From Burkholderiales bacterium (GTDB lineage: Bacteria; Pseudomonadota; Gammaproteobacteria; Burkholderiales; JACQAP01): DNA of 64,000 nucleotides. Where the stretch lies: contig DASZQJ010000150.1 of the NCBI GenBank assembly GCA_035549715.1, positions 3,802 through 67,801 of the forward strand, in the 5' to 3' direction. The notes beneath the pieces are model-generated. The model saw only the letters and a program-made list of their open reading frames with translations, was not told the DNA's origin and did not search any database. This document shows, piece after piece, positions 14,134 to 23,797 of the stretch (position 1 is its first letter; each line of letters begins with the position of its first letter). The translations under genes and the position numbers were made by a program.

Positions 14134-15009
14134 ATGCCATCGCTTCGCGCAGCCTTGCTGCTGCTCCTGTTCTGCCCCGCCGGCTTCGTGCTGGCCGCGC
14201 CCGACGCCCGGGTCGAGGGCATGCAACTGCCCGCCTGGGTCGACCGGGACGGCCAGCGCCGGCCGCTGGCGATCGGATCGGAACTGCGCAGCAACGACCA
14301 GCTGTCCACGGGGGCCGATGCCCGCTTGCTGCTCCGGCTCGCCGACGGCAGCACGGTCAAGCTGGGCGAGAACGCGCGCCTGCTGCTCACCGACGTGGTG
14401 CAGCGGCGCAAGGACAGTTTCCTGGGCGCCACGCTGCGCGTGATCGAGGGCGCATTTCGCTTCACCACCGGGGCCGCGCTGAAGGCCAGGACCTCGCGCG
14501 ACATCGTCGTGCAGTTTCCCACCGTGACCGCCGGCATCCGCGGCACCGACATCTGGGGCAAGAACCTCGGCGACCGGGAGGTCGTGGTGCTGATCGAGGG
14601 CCACATCACGATCAGCCGCGCCGGCGACACGCCGGTGGAGATGAAGGAGGCCCTCACCTACCTGCAGGCACCGAAGGAAGGTGCGGCCAGCGTGGCGCCC
14701 GTGCCGATGGAGCAGCTCAAGCTGTGGGCGGCCGAGACCGAGATCGCCGCCGGCCAGGGCGCCCTGCGCGCGGACGGCAAGTGGAAGCTCTATCTCGGCA
14801 GCTTCGAGCGCCAGGCCGACGCCCTCGCGCTCTACGATGCCTTGCGCCGCGACGGTTACCCCGCCCGCATCCGCCCGCAACCGCGCGAGGGCGGCCAGCT
14901 CTACCGGGTGCGCATTGCGGGCTTCGCCGACGAGAGCGAAGCGGCCTTCGTGGGCGCACGCCTCAAGGCCGCCCATCCCGGGGTCGCGCCCGTCGTGTCC
15001 CTGCAGTAA
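14134..15009 (+). CDS. Exported FecR-like domain protein with C-terminal SPOR-like domain
   Basis: Signal peptide; 'LSTGADARLLLRLADGSTVKLGEN' and 'AGIRGT' FecR-like; C-terminal 'LYLGSF...A...L...GYPA...LYRVRI' SPOR pattern. Confidence 0.72.
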   Translation: MPSLRAALLLLLFCPAGFVLAAPDARVEGMQLPAWVDRDGQRRPLAIGSELRSNDQLSTGADARLLLRLADGSTVKLGENARLLLTDVVQRRKDSFLGATLRVIEGAFRFTTGAALKARTSRDIVVQFPTVTAGIRGTDIWGKNLGDREVVVLIEGHITISRAGDTPVEMKEALTYLQAPKEGAASVAPVPMEQLKLWAAETEIAAGQGALRADGKWKLYLGSFERQADALALYDALRRDGYPARIRPQPREGGQLYRVRIAGFADESEAAFVGARLKAAHPGVAPVVSLQ

Positions 15010-15116
15010 GCGCGCCCCGGCGTTCGGCGCCACCAAATGTAACCGCGCGTCGGCCCGGGAATTCGGTGTAGGATCGAAGGCGTGCGCGCATCCCCGCGCA
15101 TGCCCATCCGCACCCC

Positions 15117-16013
15117 ATGTCCCTCAGGCACCCGATCATCGCGGTGACCGGCTCGTCCGGCGCCGGCACCACCTCGGTCCGCAAGACCTTCGAGGGCATA
15201 TTCCAGCGCGAAGGCATCAACGCCGCGCTGATCGAGGGGGACAGCTTCCACCGCTACGATCGCGAGGAAATGCGGCGCCTGATCGACGCCTACGAGCACA
15301 TCGGCGGCCAGGCAGTCAGCCATTTCGGCCCCGAGGCCAACCTGTTCGAGGAGCTCGAAGCCCTTTTCCGGGAGTACGGCCAGCACGGCAGCGGCAACGC
15401 GCGCCTCTACCTGCACAACGAGGAGCGCGCGGCCCGCTACGGCCAGAAGTCGGGCACCTTCACCCCCTGGCAGCGGCTGCCCGAGAACACCGACCTGCTG
15501 TTCTACGAAGGCCTGCACGGCGGCGTGGTCACCGGCAAGGTGGACGTCGCGCGCCACGTCGACCTGCTGATCGGGGTCACGCCCACGGTGAACCTGGAGT
15601 GGATCCAGAAGATGCAGCGGGACACGCAGGCGCGCGGGCATTCCGTGGAGATGGTGACCAACACCATCCTGCGGCGCATGTACGACTACGTGCACTACAT
15701 CACCCCGCAGTTCTCGCGCACCCACATCAATTTCCAGCGCGTTCCCACCGTGGACACCTCCAATCCCTTCGTGGTGCGCGACATTCCCACGGCGGAGGAG
15801 AGCTTCGTGGTGATCCGGTTCACCGCGCCCGAAGCGGTCAATTTCCCCTACCTGCTGGCGGTGATCGAGGATTCGTTCCAGTCGCGCCCCGACACCCTGG
15901 TGATCCCGGGCGCCAGGCTCGACTACGCGCTGCAGTTCCTGGTGACCCCGCTGGTCAAGGACCTGGTGGCGCAGGGCCGCAAGCTGCGCGCCGCGACGCC
16001 CGCGCCCGCCTAG
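15117..16013 (+). CDS. prk: Phosphoribulokinase (proteobacterial PrkB/CbbP type)
   Basis: 'HPIIAVTGSSGAGTTSV', 'IEGDSFHRYDR', 'LFYEGLHG', 'INFQRVPTVDTSNPF'. Confidence 0.95.
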   Translation: MSLRHPIIAVTGSSGAGTTSVRKTFEGIFQREGINAALIEGDSFHRYDREEMRRLIDAYEHIGGQAVSHFGPEANLFEELEALFREYGQHGSGNARLYLHNEERAARYGQKSGTFTPWQRLPENTDLLFYEGLHGGVVTGKVDVARHVDLLIGVTPTVNLEWIQKMQRDTQARGHSVEMVTNTILRRMYDYVHYITPQFSRTHINFQRVPTVDTSNPFVVRDIPTAEESFVVIRFTAPEAVNFPYLLAVIEDSFQSRPDTLVIPGARLDYALQFLVTPLVKDLVAQGRKLRAATPAPA

Positions 16014-16034
16014 CACCGCGATCCAGGGCGGTTT

Positions 16035-16170
16035 TCACCACAGAGGCACAGAGAAGGTCGGTACGAGAGTCCTTGGCGAAACCAGGCTGTCGCATCCATC
16101 CCTGGCGTCGTTCGACTGCGCTCCTTCGCTTCGGGTGCCTTTCTCCGTGACCTCTGTGCCTCCGTGGTGA
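16035..16170. repeat. 136-bp element bounded by CACAGAG-type inverted repeats
   Basis: TCACCACAGAGGCACAGAG (16035-16053) versus the reverse complement of 16152-16170, TCACCACGGAGGCACAGAG (18/19 identical). Confidence 0.8.
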
Positions 16171-16233
16171 TATCGATTCTGCCGTACGGGTTCACTTATA
16201 ATCCGGGATCGCAACCGCACCGCTTTTGTCCCG

Positions 16234-18420
16234 ATGTCGCTCCTCGAAGGCCTCAATCCCCCGCAGCTCGAAGCCGTCACCCTGCCGCATTCCTCGGCCT
16301 TGATCCTCGCCGGTGCGGGCTCCGGCAAGACCCGCGTGCTCACCACGCGCATCGCCTGGCTGATCCAGACCGGGCAGGTCGGGCCGATGTCGGTCCTGGC
16401 GGTCACCTTCACCAACAAGGCGGCGCGCGAGATGCTCACCCGCATTTCGGCCATGCTGCCCATCAACACGCGCGGCATGTGGGTCGGCACCTTCCACGGG
16501 CTGTGCAACCGCATCCTGCGCGCCCACCACCGCGATGCAGGCCTGCCGCAGACCTTCCAGATCCTGGATTCGGCGGACCAGCTCTCCATGGTCAAGCGCG
16601 TGATGAAGGGCATGAACCTGGACGAGGAGAAATATCCGCCGAAGAACGCCCAGTACTTCATCAACAACGCCAAGGAGCAGGGCCTGCGCGCGGGCAAGGT
16701 CGAGGCGCACGACGAGTTCTCGCGGCGCATGGTGGCGGTGTACGAGGCCTACGACGCGCAGTGCAACCGCGAGGGCGTGGTCGACTTTGCCGAACTGCTG
16801 CTGCGCTGCTTCGAACTGCTGCAGCGAAACGAGGTCCTGCGCACGCACTACCAGGCGCGCTTTCGCCATATCCTGGTCGACGAGTTCCAGGACACCAACC
16901 GGCTGCAGTACATGTGGCTGCGCCTGCTGTGCGGCGCGGGCAACGGCATCTTCGCTGTGGGCGACGACGACCAGTCCATCTACGCGTTCCGCGGCGCCCG
17001 TTCGGGCAACATGCTCGACTTCGAGCGCGATTTCGGCATCGAGAAGGTCATCAAGCTCGAGCAGAACTACCGCAGCCACGGCAACATCCTCGACGCGGCC
17101 AATGCCCTGATCCGCCACAACCACACGCGCCTGGGCAAGAACCTGTGGACTTCCGAGGGGGCGGGCGAGGCGCTGCGGGTGTTCGAGGCGATGACCGACC
17201 TCGAGGAGGCGGATTACATCGTCGACGAGGTGCGCATGCTGCGCAACGAGGGCACCGCGCTGTCGAACATGGCCCTGCTGTACCGGTCGAACGCGCAATC
17301 GCGGGTGCTGGAGCATGCGCTGGTCAAGGCCGGCATCGCCTACCGTGTCTACGGCGGCCTGCGCTTTTTCGAACGCCAGGAGATCAAGCACGCGCTGGCC
17401 TACCTGCGGCTGGTGGCGAATCCGGACGACGACGGGGCCTTCCTGCGGGTGGTGAATTTTCCGACGCGCGGCATCGGTGCGCGCAGCATCGAGCAGCTGC
17501 AGGAGGCGGGCGCCGGCCGCGGCATCTCGCTGTGGCAGGCCGCCTGCGCCAATGGCCTGGGCGGCAAGGCGGGCACCAGCCTCGCCGCTTTCGTCCGCAA
17601 CATCGAAGCCATGCGCGATGCCGCCGGGGGCCTGCCGCTGCCCGAGATCGTCGAGCACGTGGTCGAGCACAGCGGCCTCGTCCAGCATTACCAGACCGAG
17701 CGCGAGGGCGAGGACCGCATCGAGAACCTGAACGAGCTGGTCACCGCGGCCACCACGTTCGTGGCGGCGGACGGCCCCATTACCCAGGTGACGGAGGAAG
17801 GCGAGATCAGCTCGGAAGGCATGGGCGCGCTCGCGCTCTTCCTGTCGCACGCTTCGCTCGAAGCCGGCGAGCACCAGGCGGGCGCCGGCGCGGACGCCCT
17901 GCAGCTCATGACCGTGCATTCGGCCAAGGGCCTCGAGTTCCATGCCGTGTTCATCAGCGGCCTCGAGGAAGGCCTGTTCCCGCACGACAACAGCAGGAAC
18001 GAGGATGAAGGGCTCGAGGAGGAGCGCCGCCTGATGTATGTGGCAATCACGCGCGCGCGCCGGCGCCTGTACCTCACGCACGCGCAGACGCGCATGCTGC
18101 ACGGGCAGACCCGCTACAACGTCCCTTCCCGCTTCCTCGACGAGATCCCCGCGGAACTGCTGCGCCGCGTGAACACCGTCAGGACCTTCGGCTTCGCCGC
18201 GCCGAGAACCGCCGACGCCGCGGCGGCGCCCCGATTCGCGCCCGCCCAGCCGGCGGCCGGCGGATGGCGCGTCGGCCAGAGCGTCGTGCACCCGAAGTTC
18301 GGCGCCGGGGTGATCGTGAACGCGGAAGGCCGCGGGGCGGACGCCCGCGTGCAGGTGAATTTCCGCGATGCCGGGATGAAATGGCTGGCGCTGGAGTACG
18401 CCAAGCTCACGGCAGCGTGA
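16234..18420 (+). CDS. uvrD: DNA helicase II UvrD
   Basis: 'AGAGSGKT', 'VDEFQDTN', 'LEQNYRS', 'MTVHSAKGLEF', C-terminal Tudor-like 'VVHPKFG'. Confidence 0.97.
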   Translation: MSLLEGLNPPQLEAVTLPHSSALILAGAGSGKTRVLTTRIAWLIQTGQVGPMSVLAVTFTNKAAREMLTRISAMLPINTRGMWVGTFHGLCNRILRAHHRDAGLPQTFQILDSADQLSMVKRVMKGMNLDEEKYPPKNAQYFINNAKEQGLRAGKVEAHDEFSRRMVAVYEAYDAQCNREGVVDFAELLLRCFELLQRNEVLRTHYQARFRHILVDEFQDTNRLQYMWLRLLCGAGNGIFAVGDDDQSIYAFRGARSGNMLDFERDFGIEKVIKLEQNYRSHGNILDAANALIRHNHTRLGKNLWTSEGAGEALRVFEAMTDLEEADYIVDEVRMLRNEGTALSNMALLYRSNAQSRVLEHALVKAGIAYRVYGGLRFFERQEIKHALAYLRLVANPDDDGAFLRVVNFPTRGIGARSIEQLQEAGAGRGISLWQAACANGLGGKAGTSLAAFVRNIEAMRDAAGGLPLPEIVEHVVEHSGLVQHYQTEREGEDRIENLNELVTAATTFVAADGPITQVTEEGEISSEGMGALALFLSHASLEAGEHQAGAGADALQLMTVHSAKGLEFHAVFISGLEEGLFPHDNSRNEDEGLEEERRLMYVAITRARRRLYLTHAQTRMLHGQTRYNVPSRFLDEIPAELLRRVNTVRTFGFAAPRTADAAAAPRFAPAQPAAGGWRVGQSVVHPKFGAGVIVNAEGRGADARVQVNFRDAGMKWLALEYAKLTAA

Positions 18421-18513
18421 CGGTCGTGACGACGTGACTGTCGCAAGGCGCCAAAAGCGCTCTAGAGCCCACGACCGATAGTCACGGCAGTCACGTAGTC
18501 ACGTCGTCACGAC
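18417..18513. repeat. GTGAC/GTCAC 8-9-mer inverted arrays between convergent uvrD and membrane protein gene
   Basis: Perfect 17-bp inverted repeat GTCGTGACGACGTGACT (18423-18439) / AGTCACGTCGTCACGAC (18497-18513). Confidence 0.8.
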
Positions 18514-19225
18514 GCTCGAAGACGTCCCGCCAGCTGGCATACATGGTCAGGATCATCACCGGGAACCAGAGGATGAGCCCGGCGCCCATCGGGATGAGGG
18601 CGAGCACCAGCAGCGCGGAGCTCGCCAGGCTGTAGACCAGGAAGGGCAGGAGGTTGCGCAGGATCGCCTTCACGCTCAGCAGCAGGGCGCGGGGGCCGGG
18701 CTGGCCGTCGAGCATCGCCAGCACTGGCGCGAACCACATCGCCATGCCCAGCAGCAGATACACCGGCATCGAAACCGCCAGGGCGAACAGGATGCGGCCG
18801 CGCAGTTCCGGCGGCACGTTGGCCGCGGCCCCGCCGCCTTCGCGCATGACATCGCGCAGTTCCGGCCCGCCGATGGAAAGCATCAGGCCCGACACCAGCA
18901 CCTGGCCCACCAGGTGCACGCCGCCGATGGTGACCAGTTGCGGCGTGTTCTCGAGGAAGCCGCGAAACAGGTGGGCGATCGTGATCTGCCGGCCCTGCTC
19001 CAGGTCGCGGCAGGCCGCCATCATGCCCGCGAGGAAGATGGGTGCGAGCAGGTAAAAGATGTATTCCCCCGCCACCGGCACATGGTCCAGCAGCCAGATG
19101 ATGCCGAACAGGAGGATGTTGAGCACCAGCCAAGGCAGGGGGCTCCTGCGGAACAGCGCGAATCCCTCGACGATCCAGGCCCAGCCCCGGCCCGCCGGGA
19201 CGCTGCGGATCTGCTTCATGGGCAT
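18491..19225 (-). CDS. BPSS1780-family membrane protein
   Basis: 'VPAGRGWAWIVEGFALF', 'AMWFAP', 'NLLPFLVY', 'YASWRDVF'. Confidence 0.82.
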   Translation of the reverse strand: MPMKQIRSVPAGRGWAWIVEGFALFRRSPLPWLVLNILLFGIIWLLDHVPVAGEYIFYLLAPIFLAGMMAACRDLEQGRQITIAHLFRGFLENTPQLVTIGGVHLVGQVLVSGLMLSIGGPELRDVMREGGGAAANVPPELRGRILFALAVSMPVYLLLGMAMWFAPVLAMLDGQPGPRALLLSVKAILRNLLPFLVYSLASSALLVLALIPMGAGLILWFPVMILTMYASWRDVFERRDDVTT

Positions 19226-19232
19226 GTCCCGC

Positions 19233-20201
19233 TCAATCGGCCAGGCTCGCGCGGGCCAGTTCCGGCGAAGCGCGATGCGTCAGCAGGATGCGGCGGAAGC
19301 GGTCGGGATCGTGCTTGTGCGTCAGCTCCCCGGGGCGCGGCAGGTGGAAATCGTAGAGGCGCGACACCCAGAAGCGCAGCGCGCCGGCGCGCAGCATCCA
19401 GGGCCAGGCCGCGCGCTCCTGCTCCGTGAAGGGCCGCACCGCGGTGTAGGCCTGCAGCATCGCGCGTACGCGCGGTTCATCGAGCCTGGCCTCGGCATCC
19501 ACGCACCAGTCGTTCACCGTGATCGCCACGTCGTAGACGAAGGCGTCGATGCAGGCGAAGTAGAAGTCGATGAAGCCGCCGACCTGCGGCCCCGAGGAGG
19601 GATCGTCGCGGAACAGCACGTTGTCGCGGAACAGGTCCGCATGCACGACGCCCCGCGGCAGGTCATCGCGCCGCTGCCGGGCCTGGAACGCGATCTCGGA
19701 CTCGAGCAGCTGGCCGTCCTCGGGATTGAGGAAGGGATAGATCTCGGGGGCGCAAGCGGTCCACCAGCCCGCCCCGCGCAGGTTGTCGAGCCGGCCCGGG
19801 TAGGTGCGGCCTGCCAGGTGCATCTCGGCCAGCACTTCGCCGACCCGCGCACAGTGTTCCGGCGCGGGCTCCACGACCGGCTTGCCCTCGAGGAAGGTGG
19901 CGATCGCCGCCGGCTTGCCGTTCAGTTCGCCCAGCAGGTGGTTCTGCAGGTCGGCGATCGGCTTCGGGCAGGGCAGCCCGTGGCTGGAAAGGTGCGCCAT
20001 CAGGTTGAGGTAGAACGGCAACTCCTGCCGGGTGAGCTTCTCGAACAGCGTGAGCACGAAGCGGCCGTGGCTCGTGGTCACGAAGTAATTGGTGTTCTCG
20101 ATGCCCGAAAGGATGCCCTCGAGCCCGGTCAGCACGCCGATCGAGTAGTTCTTCAGCCAGGCGGAGAGCTGCTCGGGCGTGACGGTGGTATAGACGGACA
20201 T
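19233..20201 (-). CDS. thrB: Homoserine kinase (type II, APH-like)
   Basis: 'MSVYTTV', 'GIENTNYF', '[14 protein letters not shown]', 'GFIDFYFAC'. Confidence 0.95.
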   Translation of the reverse strand: MSVYTTVTPEQLSAWLKNYSIGVLTGLEGILSGIENTNYFVTTSHGRFVLTLFEKLTRQELPFYLNLMAHLSSHGLPCPKPIADLQNHLLGELNGKPAAIATFLEGKPVVEPAPEHCARVGEVLAEMHLAGRTYPGRLDNLRGAGWWTACAPEIYPFLNPEDGQLLESEIAFQARQRRDDLPRGVVHADLFRDNVLFRDDPSSGPQVGGFIDFYFACIDAFVYDVAITVNDWCVDAEARLDEPRVRAMLQAYTAVRPFTEQERAAWPWMLRAGALRFWVSRLYDFHLPRPGELTHKHDPDRFRRILLTHRASPELARASLAD

Positions 20202-20214
20202 CGGGGACCCGCGG

Positions 20215-20943
20215 CTACAGGTTCAGCTGCGCTTCGTGCTCGGCCGCGGTCAGCGTGAACCCGCGCTTCTCGTAGTGGTTGAAGATCGCCTCGACCACGC
20301 CCTCCGGCTCGTCGATGAGCTGCATCAGGCTGACGTCCTCGGGGTCGATCATGCCCTCGGAGACCATGCGGTCACCGATCCACTCGACGAGCCCCTGCCA
20401 GTAGGCGCGCTGCACCAGGATGACGGGGATGCTGCGGATCTTGCGCGTCTGCACCAGGGTGAGGACCTCGCCGAGTTCGTCCAGCGTGCCGAAGCCGCCG
20501 GGCAGCACGACGTAGGCGCACGCAAACTTGACGAACATCACCTTGCGGGCGAAAAAATGGCGGAAGGTCTGGCTCACGTCCTGGTATCGGTTGCTGGCCT
20601 GCTCGTGCGGCAACTGGATGTTGAGGCCCACTGACAGCGACCGCCCGGCGTAGGCGCCCTTGTTCACGGCCTCCATGATGCCGGGCCCGCCGCCGGAGAT
20701 GACCGAGAAGCCCGCGTCGGAAAGCTGGCGCCCGATCTCCTCGGCGAGCCTGTAGTAGGGGTGGTCCGCCGGCGTGCGCGCGCTGCCGAAGATGCTGACC
20801 GCGGGGCGGACGTGCGCGAGGCGTTCGGTGGCCTCGACAAACTCTGCCATAATCCCGAAAACCCGCCAGGACTCGCGCGCCGACCACTGCTTCTCGACGA
20901 GCTCGGGGGCGAGCGGAACCGGAACCTTCTGCTTTTCGCTCAT
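20215..20943 (-). CDS. LOG-family (TIGR00730-like) nucleotide phosphoribohydrolase
   Basis: '[10 protein letters not shown]', 'FFARKVMF', 'PGGFGTLDE'. Confidence 0.9.
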   Translation of the reverse strand: MSEKQKVPVPLAPELVEKQWSARESWRVFGIMAEFVEATERLAHVRPAVSIFGSARTPADHPYYRLAEEIGRQLSDAGFSVISGGGPGIMEAVNKGAYAGRSLSVGLNIQLPHEQASNRYQDVSQTFRHFFARKVMFVKFACAYVVLPGGFGTLDELGEVLTLVQTRKIRSIPVILVQRAYWQGLVEWIGDRMVSEGMIDPEDVSLMQLIDEPEGVVEAIFNHYEKRGFTLTAAEHEAQLNL

Positions 20944-20968
20944 GCTGGAATTTCCGCGCTGACCGTCA

Positions 20969-23692
20969 ATGAAAACGCTCGTGCTGGTTGATGGCTCTTC
21001 CTACCTGTACCGGGCTTTCCACGCGCTGCCGGACCTGCGCAATCGTCGCGGCGAGCCCACCGGCGCCATCCGCGGCGTGCTTGCGATGCTGCGCAAGCTG
21101 CGCAAGGAAACAGCGGCGGATTATATCGCTTGCGTATTCGACGCAAAAGGAAAGACCTTCCGGGACGACTGGTATCCGCAGTACAAGGCGAACCGCACGC
21201 CGATGCCGGACGACCTTTCCGCGCAGATCGAGCCGCTGCACGAGGGCGTACGCGCCATGGGATGGCCCCTGCTCATGGTCGAGGGCGTCGAGGCCGACGA
21301 CGTGATCGGCACGCTGGCGAAGGAGGCGACCGCGCGCGGGATGAAGACCATCATCTCCACGGGCGACAAGGACATCACCCAGCTCGTCAACCCGATGGTG
21401 AAGCTCGTCAACACCATGTCGTTCGAGGAGCTCGACGAGGCGGGCGTCGAGGCCAAGTTCGGCGTGAAACCCGCGCAAATCGTCGACTACCTCACGCTGG
21501 TCGGCGACTCGGTGGACAACGTGCCCGGCGTGGACAAGGTCGGGCCGAAGACCGCGGCCAAGCTGCTCGCGCAGTACGCCACGCTGGACAACCTGGTCGC
21601 ACACGCGGACGAGGTGAAGGGCGCCGTCGGCGAAAACCTGCGCAAGGCGCTGCCCTGGCTGCCGACCGCGCGCAGGCTGCTTTCCATCAAGTGCGACGTC
21701 GAGCTGCCGGTGAAGCTGGACGACCTGGCGACGCGCCCCGAGGACACGGAGGCGCTGACGAAACTGTTCGAGCGCTTCGACTTCCGCACCTGGCTCGAGG
21801 AGATGCGGGGCGGGGGGTCGAAGGGCGAGGCCGCTGCGGGTGCGCCGGCGCAGGCGCCGCAGCCACAGGCGCCGGCCCCGCGCCCGTCCCGCGAGTACGA
21901 GACCGTCCTCAGCGAGGACCGGCTGCAGGCCTGGCTTGCCCGGATCCGCACCGCGGAGCTCGTCTCGTTCGACACCGAGACCACGAGCCTCGACCCGCTC
22001 AATGCGCAGCTGGTGGGCATCTCGCTCTCGGTGGAACCCGGCAAGGCCGCCTACATTCCCGTGGCGCATGGCTACGCGGGCGCGCCCGCGCAGCTTCCGG
22101 TCGAGCGCGTCCTCGCCACCTTGCGCGAATGGATGCAGGATCCGGGCCGCCGCAAGCTGGGCCAGAACCTGAAGTACGACAAGCACGTGCTCGCCAACCA
22201 CGGCATCGACCTCGCGGGCATCGAGCACGACACCCTGCTGCAGTCCTACGTGCTGGAGAGCCACCGCGCGCACGACATGGACGACCTCGCGCTGCGCCAC
22301 CTCGACGTCAGGACGATCAGCTACGACGACGTCACCGGCAAGGGCGCCTCGCGCATTCCCTTCGAGCAGGTCGAGGTGTCGCGCGCAACCGAGTATTCGG
22401 GCGAGGACGCCGACATCACCCTGCAGCTCCACCAGACGCTCTACCCGCGCATCGCCGCCGACGCGAAGCTCGATCGCGTCTACCGCGACATCGAGATGCC
22501 GGTGATGCAGGTGCTGTTCACGATGGAGCGCAACGGCGTGCTGCTCGATGCCGCGCTGCTCGAGGAGCAGGGCAAGGCGCTCGGTACCCGCATGCTGGAG
22601 CTGGAGCAGCAGGTGCACCAGCAGGCGGGCCAGCCGTTCAACCTCAATTCACCGAAGCAGCTGCAGGAGATCCTGTTCGAGCGGCACAAGCTGCCGGTGA
22701 AGAAAAAGACCCCGGGCGGGCTGCCATCCACCGACGAGGACGTGCTGCAGGAGCTGGCGCTCGACCATCCGCTGCCGAAGCTGATCCTCGAGTACCGCGG
22801 GGTGTCGAAGCTCAAGTCGACCTATACGGACAAACTGCCCCGCATGGTCAATGCGCGAACCGGCCGCGTGCACACCAATTACGGGCAGGCCGTCGCCGTG
22901 ACGGGGCGGCTTTCGAGCAACGACCCCAACCTGCAGAACATTCCGGTGCGCACTGCGGAAGGCCGCCGCATCCGTGAGGCGTTCGTGGCTCCCCCGGGAT
23001 CGGTCATCGTGTCCGCGGATTACTCCCAGATCGAACTGCGCATCATGGCGCACCTGTCGCAGGACAAGGGCCTGCTGCAGGCCTTCGCCGCCGGCCAGGA
23101 CGTGCACCGCCATACGGCTTCCGAGGTCTTCGGCGTCGACGTCGACGCGGTCAGCAGCGAGCAGCGCCGCTACGCCAAGGTGATCAATTTCGGCCTGATC
23201 TACGGCATGTCGGCCTTCGGGCTCGCCAGCCAGCTCGGCATCGAGCGCGGTGCGGCCAACCAGTACATGGAGCGCTATTTCCAGCGCTACCCGGGCGTGA
23301 AGGACTACATGGAGCGCACGCGCGAGTCCGCGCGCGAGCTGGGCTACGTGGAAACGGTGTTCGGCCGGCGCCTGTACCTGCCCGAGATCCGCTCCGGCAA
23401 TCCCGCGCGCCGCCAGGGCGCGGAGCGCGCCGCCATCAACGCGCCGATGCAGGGCACCGCCGCCGACCTGATCAAGATGGCGATGATCGCCGTGCAGGGC
23501 TGGATCGCCGCGTCAGGCGCGGGGAGCCGCCTGATCATGCAGGTCCACGACGAGCTGGTGCTCGAAGTCCCGCAGGCGCAACTGGACACCGTGAAGGCGG
23601 AATTGCCGCGCCTGATGGAAGGGGTGGCGAAGCTGGACGTGCCGCTGGTCGTGGACGTCGGCGCCGGCCCGAACTGGGAGCAGGCGCACTAG
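20969..23692 (+). CDS. polA: DNA polymerase I
   Basis: 5'-3' exo 'LVDGSSYLYRAFHA', 3'-5' exo 'FDTET', polymerase 'DYSQIELR', 'QVHDEL'. Confidence 0.99.
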   Translation: MKTLVLVDGSSYLYRAFHALPDLRNRRGEPTGAIRGVLAMLRKLRKETAADYIACVFDAKGKTFRDDWYPQYKANRTPMPDDLSAQIEPLHEGVRAMGWPLLMVEGVEADDVIGTLAKEATARGMKTIISTGDKDITQLVNPMVKLVNTMSFEELDEAGVEAKFGVKPAQIVDYLTLVGDSVDNVPGVDKVGPKTAAKLLAQYATLDNLVAHADEVKGAVGENLRKALPWLPTARRLLSIKCDVELPVKLDDLATRPEDTEALTKLFERFDFRTWLEEMRGGGSKGEAAAGAPAQAPQPQAPAPRPSREYETVLSEDRLQAWLARIRTAELVSFDTETTSLDPLNAQLVGISLSVEPGKAAYIPVAHGYAGAPAQLPVERVLATLREWMQDPGRRKLGQNLKYDKHVLANHGIDLAGIEHDTLLQSYVLESHRAHDMDDLALRHLDVRTISYDDVTGKGASRIPFEQVEVSRATEYSGEDADITLQLHQTLYPRIAADAKLDRVYRDIEMPVMQVLFTMERNGVLLDAALLEEQGKALGTRMLELEQQVHQQAGQPFNLNSPKQLQEILFERHKLPVKKKTPGGLPSTDEDVLQELALDHPLPKLILEYRGVSKLKSTYTDKLPRMVNARTGRVHTNYGQAVAVTGRLSSNDPNLQNIPVRTAEGRRIREAFVAPPGSVIVSADYSQIELRIMAHLSQDKGLLQAFAAGQDVHRHTASEVFGVDVDAVSSEQRRYAKVINFGLIYGMSAFGLASQLGIERGAANQYMERYFQRYPGVKDYMERTRESARELGYVETVFGRRLYLPEIRSGNPARRQGAERAAINAPMQGTAADLIKMAMIAVQGWIAASGAGSRLIMQVHDELVLEVPQAQLDTVKAELPRLMEGVAKLDVPLVVDVGAGPNWEQAH

Positions 23693-23704
23693 GCGCTTGC
23701 GCGG

Positions 23705-23792
23705 GTGACGAGTGACGAGTGACGAGTGACGAGTGACGAGTGACGAGTGACGAGTAAAGTGTAGCTTCGCCCGTCACTTGTCACTTGTCACT
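23705..23792. repeat. Heptamer tandem repeat (GTGACGA)x7 with inverted (YGTCACT)x3 arm
   Basis: Seven perfect GTGACGA units at 23705-23753; CGTCACT TGTCACT TGTCACT at 23772-23792; between convergent polA and sodC. Confidence 0.95.
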
Positions 23793-23797
23793 ATAAC

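Noticed and set aside
23535-23777. 80-aa ORF with LVTRHSS repeats
   Set aside because: It is the translation of the heptamer array and overlaps polA antisense.
23705-23792. Possible CRISPR array
   Set aside because: Units are 7 nt with no unique spacers, and no cas genes are present.
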